The notes: generated from the sequence alone by a model not told the origin. A stretch of DNA of 64,000 nucleotides from Magallana gigas (GCF_963853765.1 NC_088855.1:33604001-33668000), one strand, 5' to 3'; numbered from the stretch's first letter, positions 1 through 13,867 are shown. Numbers and translations are program-made.

Positions 1-187
1 GCTAAGTAGTCATAAAAAGCATTAAGGATACAAATAGAACGCTGCTTTCAGAATTGTGCTATGATTTTTGTCTTTTTGCTTCTGGTGCTTTAAACTGCTG
101 CTTGATTTGCGCTTTTTATTTTCTGTGCTCGCTTCTCTCTGTGCTTTGCTGTGTTTGTGCTGTGTTATATAAGAGTGTGTGTTACAG

Positions 188-3100
188 GTCCTTTGCTATC
201 AAAATGATGACCCCTCAAACCCCAGTTCACCCACAGGCAAGGGCAAAGAGGGCAAAGATAAGAAAGATGCCAAGAAATCAGATAAGAAAGATGAGAAAGG
301 AAAAGTAAGCTGCATCGGCTACTTAGTAACATTTTGTTGCTTTTGTATTTGAGTTTTTGTATAACTGTTTACCCTGTGTGAATTTTGACAACAGTTTAAT
401 GGTAATTATTTTTGTAAACATGACCATTGATTTAACTTACATGAAAACTATTATATTAATTTTTTGATGTTTGAAATATCTAAATGATAAATACAAGGAA
501 ATGAGTAAAAACTTAAAGTTAAACTAATTTAATATACCAGTGTTGCAGAATTTAGAATTTTCTATACTGTTGAAATCAGTCACTTTTTTATAGATAATAA
601 TTTCAAGCTATTAGATAAAATTTCACAAATATACCGGTACATCAAATAATTGAATTTTCTCTATGATTACATAGGGAGGAAAAGATGATAAAAAAGATGA
701 CAAGAAAGGAGGGAAGAAAAAGAAAGAGCCAGAGGTGGAACTAAAGCGGATGCCCCCCACATACACCACACTAGCCACGTGGCACATTCCACTGGTGGAT
801 TTCTTGGAAGGGGAGTATGAGTTCCGCTCCGTGTTCACACAGGGAGGAGTGGAAGTGGCATCAACTATCAAAAGTCTGGACATTGGAAAGGTAAAGGACT
901 CCATATTGATCTCCAACTGGTACCATATATCCAGGGTTTTTTTCCCGTTTCACAAAATTTGCGAGAAGGGGAAAAATGTGTATCATTTTTAATTTGCATC
1001 AGTCATTTGTTGCGATTTAAAAAGTTTCTTATAGAAAATGATACAGAATATAATTTCTGCATATTCAATAATTTGCGATTTAAAAGAGATCGCGAAAACT
1101 AGATCATCGCATAAACTACCGGATATACAGTATTTAATTCCTCACAAATACATGCCTATACAATACATAGGGTGGTAAGAATTGGAATATTCCAAATTAT
1201 TTGTAGAAAGACAAAGATAAGAAAAAACCTGGCTCCTCAAAACCAAAGAAAGATGAAAAAGGAGGAAAAGGTCAGTATCACACAGGAAAACTGCATGCAC
1301 TAAATTCATGGCATGTTCCTTCATCATTTACCTTTTTATTTGATTTTTTCTTGGTTCCAATTTTTTAAAAGTTATAATTGTTCTTTACCCAATTTACTGA
1401 CGATGTCATTTCAAATTCCAGGCACCCCAGGTAATTTCTAATTTTTGTTTTCCAAAGATCTATGTTCTGTAGTACATGTACTATGTTGCCATATAATGTA
1501 TCGTAACATATATATACTTATAATAGTTCTTCCCAGTACATTCTAATATAATGCATTCATATAATATAGTACTTCGAGTAACATCCCCTGAATTATATAA
1601 CACAGATAATAGGTACAACCAAACATTTGATATAATATTTAATAACATATTGCAACCCTGTATGACACAGGGCATCTCTGAAGTAAGAATAAATCATGCC
1701 TATACTTGGTTGTGCATATTTGGCTTGTAATTCCACTAAGTTTCACACGGGGCCTAAAGTATGGCTTGATTATTGAGTATTGAAACTCCTGGAGCAGTCT
1801 GTTGCATATACACTGATTCACTTAAAGAATTTGCAGGCTGCATGGCTATGAGTCTCTTATAAGCTCCATCCTCCCCAGATACTACCAACAGTATATTCAG
1901 TTGGGGAATGGTTACCACAACTTTAATCTAACTGTCTAAATTATAATACAAACATAATACCTGTACCTCATTTTGTCCTTTTTAATCACTGTAATTAATA
2001 ACCACTCAGCGTCCATGTATTATCCATATGTTGCACTACATTTAAGATTTGTGTAATGTTAAGTAGGGCTAGTCGTTGTTGTAAAATTAATTATCGGTAA
2101 TTTATATCACATTACAAATATGTCACACAGATAATTTTTTCTGTATTTTGCATAACAATTCTCTACCTTTAAGTTAACTTTACTTTTATCTCATTGGATT
2201 TGTCATGACCTTGACCCTATGTTTTAAACAAAGGTCAGTGTCATATTGACGATCATCTATATTTTTTAAATGAGCATATCTTAATTACAATATATATTAA
2301 AGCAATGTACATGTACTAGCCTGAGAGGATATATGTATTTGTAATTATACTTGCCAGTACTTAAAATTGCATTAAATGGATTCTCTTTGCCTTAAGGAGC
2401 TGTACCTGATACATGAAATAGTTTGCATACATTGAAATGAATAATGAAAATGGAATTTAGCAGCTTGATCAATTTTCTATTCCATTCATTGCTTAATAGT
2501 CCAAATACATTTGGAACATTGAGCAAAATCCAATTAGATTCTACAAGGGGACACTGCTTTGAATAAATTAGTATTAAATTGTGTGTAAAGTTTCATTCTA
2601 AGTAAAACTTGTCTTTTATTGCAGATTCTAGACGTTCCAGTGTTATTGGAAAGATGAAAGGCATAAAACTTTTGGTTTTTTGCTTGAATTTCAAACTCTC
2701 TCTCCCCTGTTTATAATTTCACTGTGTGTGATGTGATTTTTATTTCAATTGCTCTAAGAATTCACCCCCTTTTCATTTGTTTTCATGTAAAGTTATTCAT
2801 AAATATCTCTTTTTGTTGAAAAGTTTTCTTTTGATATTATAACTTCACTTGATCTTCAAATTTGATTTCCACAGATTTCTAACTTTTTTCCTTTAGTGTG
2901 ATTTGTTTTCTCTTTTTGGCTATGACAGAATCAACAGAGTTTGTTAATTTTATTTTCCTTCAAAAGAAAGTGATGCAAAAAATTTGAAACAATGAATCTC
3001 TCTTCAAATTTTGTACTATAAACACATTATACTGGTACATAACTACCATATAATACATATATTTCATAGTAGATGCCAATGAACATGGTTATTTATTCGT

Positions 3101-4394
3101 ACAGTTCTAACTTCCCATCACATAACTCATTACACAACGTTTAAGTAAGATAGCAAGATTACAAAGTATAGATATTGTCTCTTTTCCCAGCAGGCAGTGC
3201 GAGGTCTCGATCAGGTGGAAAAACTCCTAGTTCCGTCAGCTCACGTATGATTTAATTGATATTTAGTCGAACTTTAGAAATTAGAGGACATTAGGATTAG
3301 GCTGCTGTTACATGTAGATTTGGTGTTTAGGCTCCACAGAACTATTTATTGACTGTGTAGTTTTTATTTTCATAATTGGTGGTTTTTTCAGATGTGCATT
3401 ATAGGAATCTGTTGCACTTTTTTTTCCCGTCATGATGTGTAAAACTTAATCAACAAGCACAGTGAAACATACAATTTTGATCCGTAATCTGTTTTAAAGG
3501 TGCATGGTGGCAATTTTAAATTTTTAAAGTAAATCAAATCATAAGTAAAATAGTACCGAGAGAAATTAAATTTTACGGATAGTTCAATTCATATTTAACT
3601 TCATAACCACCTCTGTAATGGTTAAATTATTTTGTAACAAAATGCACATTATTATTTAAAAAGTTTACCGAAAAGTTATTATCATCTATAAAATTTCACA
3701 TTTTCAAAAACATCAGAGTAGTATTATCAATAAACTATGTAGCGTACTTCTATATTTTATCAGTAATAAAGATGGATGACTACCTTGTCAATAGACTTTA
3801 TTCAGAGAACAATTCATATAAATTAAATGTTTGTAGTTAAACATGACAACAAGATTCATTTATCTTTTCTTGTCCCAAGGTATATACTGTTTTTCAATAA
3901 AGATACATTTTTAAATGCGTTCATTCATACATCATCATAGGCATAATTTTCAGCTCATTCAACCAGGGGTAAGCTGTTTCATTAATGCGATTTTTGTATT
4001 TTCAGATTTACAAAGCACTTGTTCTTTGTAGATTACCACTTAAAATTTGAAGTTATAAAATCATAAATAGATTTTTAACCATTTTCTTATTTGTGATGCA
4101 AAATAACAGTATTCATATTCTAGTACTAATATATACTTTTGTTATGTTCTTTTTAAAGATGGGGGAAGGAAAATGAGTGCAGCTGGTCAGAAAAAGGATG
4201 ATAAGAAAGGAGACAAAGGGAAGGGTGGTAAGGCCGCTGCTCCCGCCCCTGAGGAAGAGGAGGACCAGGGTCCACCCCCTCCACTGGAGGTTCAGGTAGC
4301 AGTCAGGCTTCATCACTGGAAAACAGCCATGGACTCTCTAAAAGAGGAGGAAGAAAAGAACAAGGCAATGGCTGAGGAGCAGCAACAGGGGTGA
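188..4394 (+). CDS. LRRC43: LRRC43-like protein, 3' portion (gene starts upstream of the window)
   Basis: Phase-consistent exons 188-304, 675-890, 1207-1270, [2625-2660, GC donor], 3191-3244, 4159-4394 (stop); 723 nt = 241 codons. Lys/Asp-rich low complexity. ELKRMPPTYTTLATWHIPLVDFLEGE and PPPLEVQVAVRLHHWKTAMDSL resemble the vertebrate LRRC43 C-terminus as I recall it ([26 protein letters not shown] ... [21 protein letters not shown]). The LRR region is not in the window. Confidence 0.6.
921..1132. mobile_element. MITE with TAC(T/C)GTATATCCGG-type terminal inverted repeats
   Basis: Left end taccatatatccagg, right end ccggatatacagta; same family as 16477-16695. Confidence 0.7.
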
Positions 4395-5600
4395 TAACTT
4401 GTATGTTAAGTTTTTGAATTGCTCTAAATTTTTTATCAAATAAATGATGTTAAACTGTAAAGAGATGTTGAACACTAAATTTAAAAGAAAAGATTAAAAC
4501 ACACAGAAAGATTAAAATTGCCATTTGAGACTTATATCCTGGTATTTTGCAGATTGCCTGAAGATTAAGAAGATTTTAAGGAATCATGCAATTGATTTGG
4601 AAAGACAATCTAGTGAAGAAAAAATTCTTATTGAACGTCAAGAGTAAAAACCTCTTATCAAACAGAAACCAAATGTGCTATATAAAGAAATCTTGACTTT
4701 CTATTTTTATACATGTATGATCACTCAGTTTCAAGTGCATAATAATGTGAACATCCTGAAGAGTGCACGTTTATCTTGAAGATTTTTGTCTTTAATCTGT
4801 GATAATTCTGTGCAGATGTTGTAATCTATTCTGTGATATTAAAATGATTGTTATTTTTAATTTTTTGTTTATTTATTCTCGAAAAGTGAACATTATCATG
4901 AGGTTGGTAAATACTGCAACACAGCCATTCTCCTGATGGAAAATTCATGATGTGTGCATTTATATTCAGATGGGCATGCATAATTAAGACATGGGATAGG
5001 TAAAGATACCACTATACATTTATTCTCATTAGAGATCAATATTGTCATGGCAGTTCTACACTGTATTGTGCAAACATAGAGCCAATAATGAATAAACAAT
5101 CCCAACCCACTGCAAAAATAATGACACTAAATTCCAGAATGTTAATCTTCATTGATAATGTGTAATAAAACTTAACAGTTGTATGCCATACATTCATATA
5201 CATGCTTATCATGTACAATTTAAAAGAGACTGTAAGTCATAGATCCCAAGTAATTTGAAATTATACCATAACACACAATGTAAATAGATGACAGAGGTTA
5301 TATCAATAACAAATCTTGAACAAAAAGCTGATACTATTGAAAAATCATCCCAGTTTAAAATGTTCAAACAAGAAAAAACCCAGTAGTGTTAAAAAGATTA
5401 CAGCATAAATGTGAGTTCTTGGACACTTAAACTCAAAGTTATACATGAATTACAGACATCCTCAATCATCAAACATGGTTGACTGAGGCCCGCACCTTAT
5501 TGTGAGCACTGCTTGCATCACTGTCCTCCACACAGGCACACAGTGCAAGCCTGATTTGGGAATTTATCACAGGTCATTCATCAATAATAAAATGAAAATG

Positions 5601-8600
5601 TCATATGTTTTCCTTCTTTGATTTCTTCTTCTTCTTTTTTTCAGATTTCTACAATATAAAACATGCAAAAAGATATCAATACATGTAGTAATATTATTAA
5701 AAGGAATATCTGGGGTATTTAAACCATTTAATTTTCCCAATATGGTGGTTAATAAATCACTTCCAAAAAATTCTATGTAAGAAAAAATTCTTCTGCATGC
5801 AGAGCCATAAATATATATGCATGTACAAACCTTTCTTTTTCTAGGCAACGTTTCATCTGCAGTCATTTTTACATCCTCACTTGTTTCATCTAACCCATTG
5901 AATGAAGCATTCTCTGTTACGCCATTTTCTCTCTGTATATCTGCATCCACCTCCATGCCCTCTACTGCCAGATTTGAATCCTCTTCTGCTGTTGGTTCAT
6001 CAGTGAACTTGATGTGAGATTTCCTCTTTGTTTTCTTCTTTTCCCAAGACCCCTCTTCACTAGAAAGAAAATTTTAGAAAAGCTGTGAAAACAATCAGCA
6101 TGGAACTTGAAAATGGAGGTCAAGTAGACCTGAACAAGAAGAAATAATCACTTTATGGTACATGATGGAAATATAAGATTGCCATGTTGATATAGGACCT
6201 TAAACTTGGGTCTGTATCATGACACAACCTTAAGCTATGAGCAACCTTTGTGACTATTACGAGTCCTTTATGTAAATTCTTTAAAAAGTTGTGGAGTGCA
6301 TGGTTCTGAAAATATCATATCATGTTGAGGATATACATGTAAATAAAAGTAATGATTAAAGTAACTTTCAGAAGATCTGAACAAGCCTTTAAAAAAATGT
6401 ATTTTGACCGATTACAATTTTTATCTTGAATTTTGCCTTCATGTTTTTATACATCTTACATGTTTAACTTAGATTAAAGGGTCATACTGCAAATATCAAA
6501 ATGCACATGTATTTTGAATATTCAAACTAACTCGACTGTCTCCGAGGAAAAATGATAATCATTTTCATTTTGAGAGCCAGTAAATTCTTAATGTTATCAG
6601 AGAATTTAATTGCACAGCATTACTGTGAAAAATTGGTTGCAAACTTTCTCGATTGACATTTGAACAATTTGCACTTACATTTTCTATATGTACATGTACC
6701 TAGCCTTTATAGAACATGCTACATCTAATTCAACTGCAAAATATCAGCAGCATCTGACTGTGAGCATACAATATTATAATTACCTCCATAAAGATCCATG
6801 CATAGACAATATTCTGTTGTTGACATAAATCCTCTCCACTTTAAATTCAACTTCATTGCCCTCCATCAGTTGATCTTCATTCAACTCTGACTTCCTTATT
6901 GAGACATTGAAGATTCCATACACCAGCAAACTGACATGGTTTTTGAACACTCTGTGCACAACACCGGTGAGAGTTGAACCAACAGTAGGGCTATATGAAT
7001 CAGGACGAATTTTTTAATATTAAACCATTGCAGTCCGTCCCAATCTGTAGCCAGGTATTAAAGTAACAGTATCTTATCACATTTTCATTACCGGTAAGTC
7101 ACAAAGAATGTACACACATCTATAATAATGATCTTAAATATAGGCCATCAATACAAGTTTTCTGAATGTCATTAGCCCGCATGCACTTATATGGGACAAA
7201 AGACTGGGCCAAGGAGAGAGAAAGTATCATATATTAAAATTAAGTCATATAAGATGCATATTGTTGTCTGAACAAACTGATAACTAAAGGTCTCCATCAG
7301 AACAAGACCCTAATAACCTGAATGTCAGATTATATTCTCTAGTAAACTATTGATTGAAAAAATACAACTTTTAAATTAAAAATGCCTTTTACAACACTTA
7401 CTTAAATACAATAAAATCTGCCACGATATCAAAATGGATATAGGGATCCACAATAAGACCCATGGCTTGTTGAATTCTGATGTTGTTGTAGGCAATTAAG
7501 GCACCACCAAATCTGAAAATAATACGGAGAAACTACAGGTATCTGTGCTGTAATTCACATCAGATGAACAACCATTAATATTTAATTAACATTATTACAA
7601 CAGGATACAAATAAACAAATCATAAGACAAACATTTACCAGAGTATTTAAAATCCCCCCAAAAACCTTAAAAAAACCCTCAAAAATCTAACCCCAGACTG
7701 AGTAGCTAGCAAGTTAGCAAAACAACTCTCATTAAATAACAAGATACACAGCTTTTTTTTCGTGTATAGAACAACAGAAAAACCGATATTAAAGTTATGA
7801 AAAACCCGTCACCAAATCAAAAGGACACATGTTTTTGTTTTCCCTTAGACTGAAGTCACACTTTAATTGGTTTAAATGTGATGTGTGGCTGCCCGATATA
7901 CTGGTATACCTATGTGTCCATTTGGAGAGAACTAATATTTGAATTTATGGCTGACGCTTCACCTACCCACATCGACATTTCATAATATTGAATACAAAAT
8001 CTGCATTCTGTAAGTTTGTAAAATATTTGGAGTAGCTGTATTTTAAAATAATTTTTTAATGAAAGTAGTTGCCCTTGAATTGATATCACATTGTTGTGTT
8101 TGGAGCAGAATAAAATGGCAGCGGCAAGATATGCCAAGACCTCTGCGGAGGAAAGGGAGAAAATGTTTAAAATTGAATAGCCATAAATCATTGTAAGTGA
8201 ACAAGAATGTAGCAAAGATTTTTAAAGATTATTTGAAAGGTGAGGATAAGAATATGAAGAGTTTGACTGTGTTAAATTGGACAAGGTGTAAGGCCACTTT
8301 TATATGGATTTTTTAAGATCATTGCTTCTTGTGAAACAAGTCTTATTTGATGATCCCCGGGAAAACAAAACACTTATTAGATTAGGTTTGTTACTGACTG
8401 ATTATGGAAAATTATCAGGTTAATCATGCAATCTCATAGACAGCTCAGTTTCGCCATCTTTGAGGTTGATCAACCTTATATCTTTCCGTAGTCAGTAACA
8501 AACCAAATAAGTAATAAAATAATATGGGCTTAAAATAAGTCTATAGATAGATCTAATTTTTTTTTTCAAATTAGAACCACCTTGGGCATCAAAAATTACA

Positions 8601-8993
8601 TATTTAACAAGGCTTAATAGCATGATTGATACAATAACAAACATGCACAGATATAATACGTAATGATTGTACATATCATCTACATTACATGTTTTTTGTA
8701 TTTTGAAAAGAATAAAACATGTTTAAGCTTTTGTAAATCGATTGTCAAAATCATTTATTATTGAATGATTTATGTCATCATTATTCTCCTTCAATACACA
8801 ATATAGAAACATACTCTTCTGACACCAAATTTCTTTCCGATTTCAAAGCCTCTTCTATTCCCTTCCTTGTGTTTCCAAGAAATCGAGGATGAAATATTAC
8901 GCGTTTGCATTTGTTAACCTTTTCAAATTGTGAATGGTCTTTAGACTTCATTATTTCTTCAGCTTCTTTAAAACTTATTACATTGTAGTTCAT
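5601..8993 (-). CDS. POLR1F: DNA-directed RNA polymerase I subunit RPA43 (TWISTNB)
   Basis: complement(join(5601-5648,5831-6059,6784-6990,7402-7512,8815-8993)), 774 nt, 257 aa, all GT-AG and in phase. Motifs HPRFLGNTRKGIEEAL, GALIAYNNIRI, YIHFDIVADFIVFNPTVGSTLTGVV, HVSLLVYGIFNVSI and a Lys-rich tail are typical of RPA43. Confidence 0.92.
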
Positions 8994-9411
8994 TTTCTTT
9001 TCAACATGTGGTATTTAGTAGGAAGTACAACTCGCTCTGTAAAAGAAGAGTTTAAAAGCCAACTCGACTATTTCCGGAATACAAGATCTGATGTCGGCAC
9101 ATGGTATCGGTAGGGGTAGCCCATCCCCAAATTTTTCTTGCAGCAAATCCCTGTTCTCAAATTTACATAAAGGCCTAGAAACTTGATTTATGAAAGTGTT
9201 TCTTGGGCCGGGGTGTAAAGATTAAAGTAAAATTGACGAAAATTAACATTAACACTGAAGTGTCAAGCTTAAGGCACTCACCCCACCCAGCCCCGCGGGA
9301 TAGGATTTTGAAGTTTTAAGAATCTTGATTTTTTTTATTTATCCTTTGCAATGATCTCTTCTTTCATAGTGCAAGCCTGAAAGGCATTTACCCTACAGAT
9401 CCATTTAATGA

Positions 9412-9636
9412 TACCGTGGAATCATAAGATTTCGTGGTGGCTCAATTTTCATGGAATTTGTGGGTACCTCTCATCCACGAATTAACATCCTCCACGAAAT
9501 AGATCTATTAAGTATGGGTTTTAAAGTCATATTTCCTTTTGTGGGTAATTGCTTATACCCAAAATTACTTCCAAACCTGTAAAATTTGAGCAATCCACGA
9601 AAATTGGCCCCCAGGAAATTGAATGATTCAACATTA
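9412..9636. mobile_element. MITE, TAC(C/T)GTGGAATC family
   Basis: Starts taccgtggaatcat and ends atgattcaacatta; colinear with the copy at 15835-16063. Confidence 0.75.
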
Positions 9637-10017
9637 TTTAGGTGTGTCAAGTTACCTGAAATAATTTTTTCTTTGAAGTTGGAAGATAAAGAAATGAATT
9701 TATAATAGGTATACTTTTATTTCAAAAATTTGAAATATGATAAAAGACTAGTTTACACTAACACCTTACATAATGGAAGTATACTAATTTACTACATCAA
9801 CATAGTAAAACTGTTACAAATCAAATTTGTCTAAAGATGTGTCTATAAAAATTGCTAAAATTAATACTCCTGACACATGCTGAAAATATATTGGATTCTT
9901 AAAAGTCTGGTAAATGAACATGAATCATGATGTAAAACTTAATCTGAACAGCCATATTTCACAAGGTATATAGTAAAATAATGAAAAAAGACATGCATTA
10001 CTCATTAGATTTGCAAA

Positions 10018-12734
10018 TCAGTCTTTGTCTGTGTCTAATTCATCCCAAATACTTTGCAACTTTTGCTGAGCCACATCATCTGGTATTTTACTTTTACGAA
10101 CTTTTTTCTGGTCCCATCCCCTTTTGGCTGCTTTTTGTTGTCGTTTCCTTTGCTTGATTTGTGGAATATGATACAAACTTCCAAAATCTATAAGTCTTTT
10201 CAATTTTCTGGCCTGTTTCGCAAGTGAGGGAGACTCTGAAATTGTCTCTAAAGCTTTCGGTGGTGGTGGCAAATAATTTTTCGCAGTATAGATTTTTGCA
10301 ATGTCTTCTTCAGATTCTAACTTTTTTCTTTTTCTTGGTGCTTTCACTGGGGCTGTTGAACCATTTAAATCTTTCAAGACACTACCAAAATCTTTCTTTT
10401 CTTCCTGCTCTGTCTGCTCTTCTTCTTTTGTTTCATTGGGCTCTTCTCTACTAGCTCTAAAAATTTCAAAAGACCTTCTGCGGAGTCTCCTGGACCTTTT
10501 CTCCTCAGCAATTTGTTCGTCCTGGCTTTGACCATCTTCACACTGGGTGTTATTGTCCTCTGTAGTACTTGCATCATCAGTAGACGATGCTGAAGGACAG
10601 GACACTGGTAATGCACAACTCTGGTCATCTGATGACAAGCTCTTCCTTGGACGACCTCTCTTTCTCTTCACTTTCTGAGATGTACTTTCATGAACTTCTG
10701 CCGAGTGTGTTTCGAATTCATTGCAAGTGGGAATTTCTGTTCCATTTATTTGACAGTCAGCTTCCACGTCCATGCATACATTTCTCCTCTCCTGCACACT
10801 AGCATTGCTTTCTATCTTGCTGTGGCTTGTTTCATGATCTACACTTTCTGAAAATCTTTGCATGTTGGTTTTAATAGTTGTTGAATCATCTTGAGAAAGT
10901 TTCCTAGGTCGCCCTCGTTTTGCAGATTTCACTTTTGATTTAGTATCTGCATTTGAATTTATCAATGATATCTTTAGCACATTAGAATTGTTTTCAGTTT
11001 TTTCTTCTACATCACTTGCCTGAACCACTTGTGGTGAGTTTTCTTCTGTAAGGTCTGAACAGCTGATTTCTGGAGAAGGAAAAACTGATGCATCCACATC
11101 ACTAGTTCCTTCAGGTACAAGATCATCAGAACCTCTGTTTTCTTTTCTGTCCTCCACTAAAGATTTCTCCAGTTCAGCATTTTCTGTTTCCAACATTATA
11201 TTCTGTTCATTATATTCTCCATTTTTTTGTAGTGATTCTGTAATTCTGGGAGATGAATCAACAGTTCTTGGACTTATATTTAACTCTACATCTGCAGTTT
11301 GATCAGTTTTATTATCATCTAATTGATTTTCAAAGTCAATATCATTGTCATTAAAATTATTTTGTGTACTATCTGTTGGTAGGCTGCTTTTTTTCAGCAG
11401 TGCCAGTTTTTCTCCCAGCGTTTTACACACCTTCATAAAATGGGTCTTGGGAGATGAACATGTAGAATCTCCTTTGTTGCTGTGCTCATTAGATTTCAAA
11501 CCAACATCAGAATAATCAGCAGATAACTGCTTGGGTTGTAGCTTTGTTCTGATTTTCTTGTTGGAATATCTTACAACCCTGGACTTTATCTGAGACAGGG
11601 GAGTAAAAAACTCCCCATCTGAGGCTGGTGAATTGGGGCTTACAAGGGAGCTTATAGTAGGTGATTGAGAAATATCAGCAATAAAAGGCTGAGAGGGAGA
11701 ATATGGCAAGGAATCTGACAACACTGGGGGAGCTATGGGAGTAGAATAATCATCAGGGTGAGGTTCAGGAAGAGGAGTTCTTTCTTTTTTATCATCATTT
11801 GTCACCTTTTCACTATGTTGATTTATCATCTCTTCTTCAATGATCACGGGAGTTATTCCCACACTCTCATGTTGACCAACGCTACTATCGGGACATCTGG
11901 GTCCCTCCACATCTGACAGAGAAGTATTTTGGAAGTCTAGAAGGCTGCGACGATCAACTTCACTTGTTCTGTCTGGGGTTTCTGCTATTCTGAACTGCTG
12001 AAGTTCATCTGCATTGAACATTTGGGATCTCCTGCGTTTCTTTTCTTTCAGCTCTGACAAACGTCGAGACTCCGGAGATGGCTCTTTCCAAACACTTCCA
12101 TAATTGCCTCCACATATTTCCTGACAAAACAAATGTATATATTCAATTTTATTAATGTCTAATTTACAGATATTATAACTTTCAATCAACATTAAATCAA
12201 AATGAACAGTGATATCCCTGGGTAAGGGGAAATAACAGGACTCTCACACCACTTTTTGAGAAAGGGGCCATAAAGAAGTGGAAAATAACTTTAAACTTTT
12301 TGGGGATACTTTTTCATTTCTTTTTGGATAACCAATATACTTTAAAATCGTGATATGCTGGGTTTCTGGCCTTGTTGTTATCAACTAAATTTTGTTTTGC
12401 GATACATCGGAATTTGAATAGCAAGTTAGTTATACGCATGTATATCTAACTACATGTGATATATTTTCTTAAATTTTGGGGAGAAATGACCATTGGGAAA
12501 ATTAACACTTCAATATGGAAATGAAGAACATGTACTTTTTTTTAATTTGGCCCTTTATTTGCCCCAGTTATAGACCACTGAGAGCCCTGAATAAAGATAT
12601 TTTATACTTTAAATTTGCCTTTAGCAATCTAACAGAAGTAAAAGAATTTTGATTTATACTTGTCAATTAATTCTTACCAAGTCCTGTGAGATTCTTAGGG
12701 AGCGTCTTCTCTTTTTTTTAACATCTAGATCCAT
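10018..12734 (-). CDS. PRR14L: PRR14/PRR14L-like protein with a C-terminal Tantalus-like domain and two AT-hook motifs
   Basis: complement(join(10018-12120,12678-12734)), 719 aa. The true start MDLDVKKKRRRSLRISQDL lies on a small upstream exon. C-terminal IYTAKNYLPPPPKALETISESP...KLKRLIDF...QQKLQSI matches the Tantalus/PRR14 motif. KRGRPRK occurs twice. The rest is acidic and Ser-rich, likely disordered. Confidence 0.8.
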
Positions 12735-13494
12735 GCCTGCATTCTATGAAAACAAAAACATTACAAAAAATTAAAATTATCATAATAAAAAACAATACAC
12801 GCCAGGCTTCAGAGGTTTCTGAGATTTGTATCACTTACACATTCAATAAGTAAGCACTTAAAAACTATTTATTGAGAGGGGGGGGGGGATTTAATTTGCT
12901 ATTTTAAGGTGCTATTGCATTTATAATACATTAAAAATTTCATTATTTTGTACAAACTATTTTGCTGACATCACAACTTGTATTACCCTAGTTGAAATTT
13001 TGCACAACTTATTGTTATTTAGTTATGAGGAAACTGTCTAATTTTTGCAAATAAATTCAATAATGAATAGTTACAAAATCTATACTCATATGATCATATC
13101 CACTGAGTTGGAGTAGTAACTGGCTTTCTGTTATTTTTTTTCGCAGTTTTTCAAAAAAGAAGGATCATGCTTAACCTTGTGTAAATTTTGAGCCTATGGA
13201 ATTAATTTTTATGAAAATTCTGATACAAAAATGTAAATTATCAATGAAAAATTATTTAAAGTTTTGAATAAATGATCAAAAAATGAAAATAGGGATGCAA
13301 ATACTAATATATAATAACCCCTAAAGATTTATTCTTTTAATTTCTAATGACTATATAGTTATGATATGGTCTTAAAAAAATAGCTCATTGTTTGAGAAGT
13401 TTTAAGAGGGTTGAGGAGGGGGGCCATAGAAAAATTTAAACTTTTTTGGTAAATCAACGCTCAACGCTAATCAACTGAGTCAGTTTACCTACTT

Positions 13495-13867
13495 GGAAAC
13501 CTACGGTTGATTATGCATCATTCCTCTACTCATCACCCGTGGGTCTCTTTAAACTTTGACGCTCGTTTTAATGACCGAATATTTATAAATATCATCTTAT
13601 CAAATAAGTCATTACAGTAATAGAACTCTTCTGTTTTTAAAGGGTGCATTACTGTTGCCTTGCTATCAATACAAATTAATCGTTCTGCGATCGCCAATTG
13701 AATACTGTTAGGAACGACCGTTTAAAGCAAATTGCTGATTGGATCAATTTACTCAGGGTGTAATATGAGCCACCAATCAATTTGTATGCTTCAATACGAG
13801 CACTGAAGTTTAAAGGGACCCACGGGTGATGGAGAGAGGAACGATGCGTAATCAACTGTGGGTTTCT
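13495..13867. mobile_element. MITE with ~75-bp terminal inverted repeats
   Basis: ggaaacctacggttgattatgcatcattcctct...cacccgtgggtctctttaaac is the imperfect reverse complement of gtttaaagggacccacgggtg...aggaacgatgcgtaatcaactgtgggtttct. Confidence 0.75.

Noticed and set aside
1671-1682. 12-nt microexon with a strong GTAAGA donor in the LRRC43-like gene
   Set aside because: Poor pyrimidine tract, and it introduces TGA in the required phase; at most a poison exon, unsupported.
10018-12192. ORF-track start MLIESYNICK for PRR14L
   Set aside because: The first ~24 codons are intronic; an acceptor at 12121-12122 joins an upstream ATG exon in phase.
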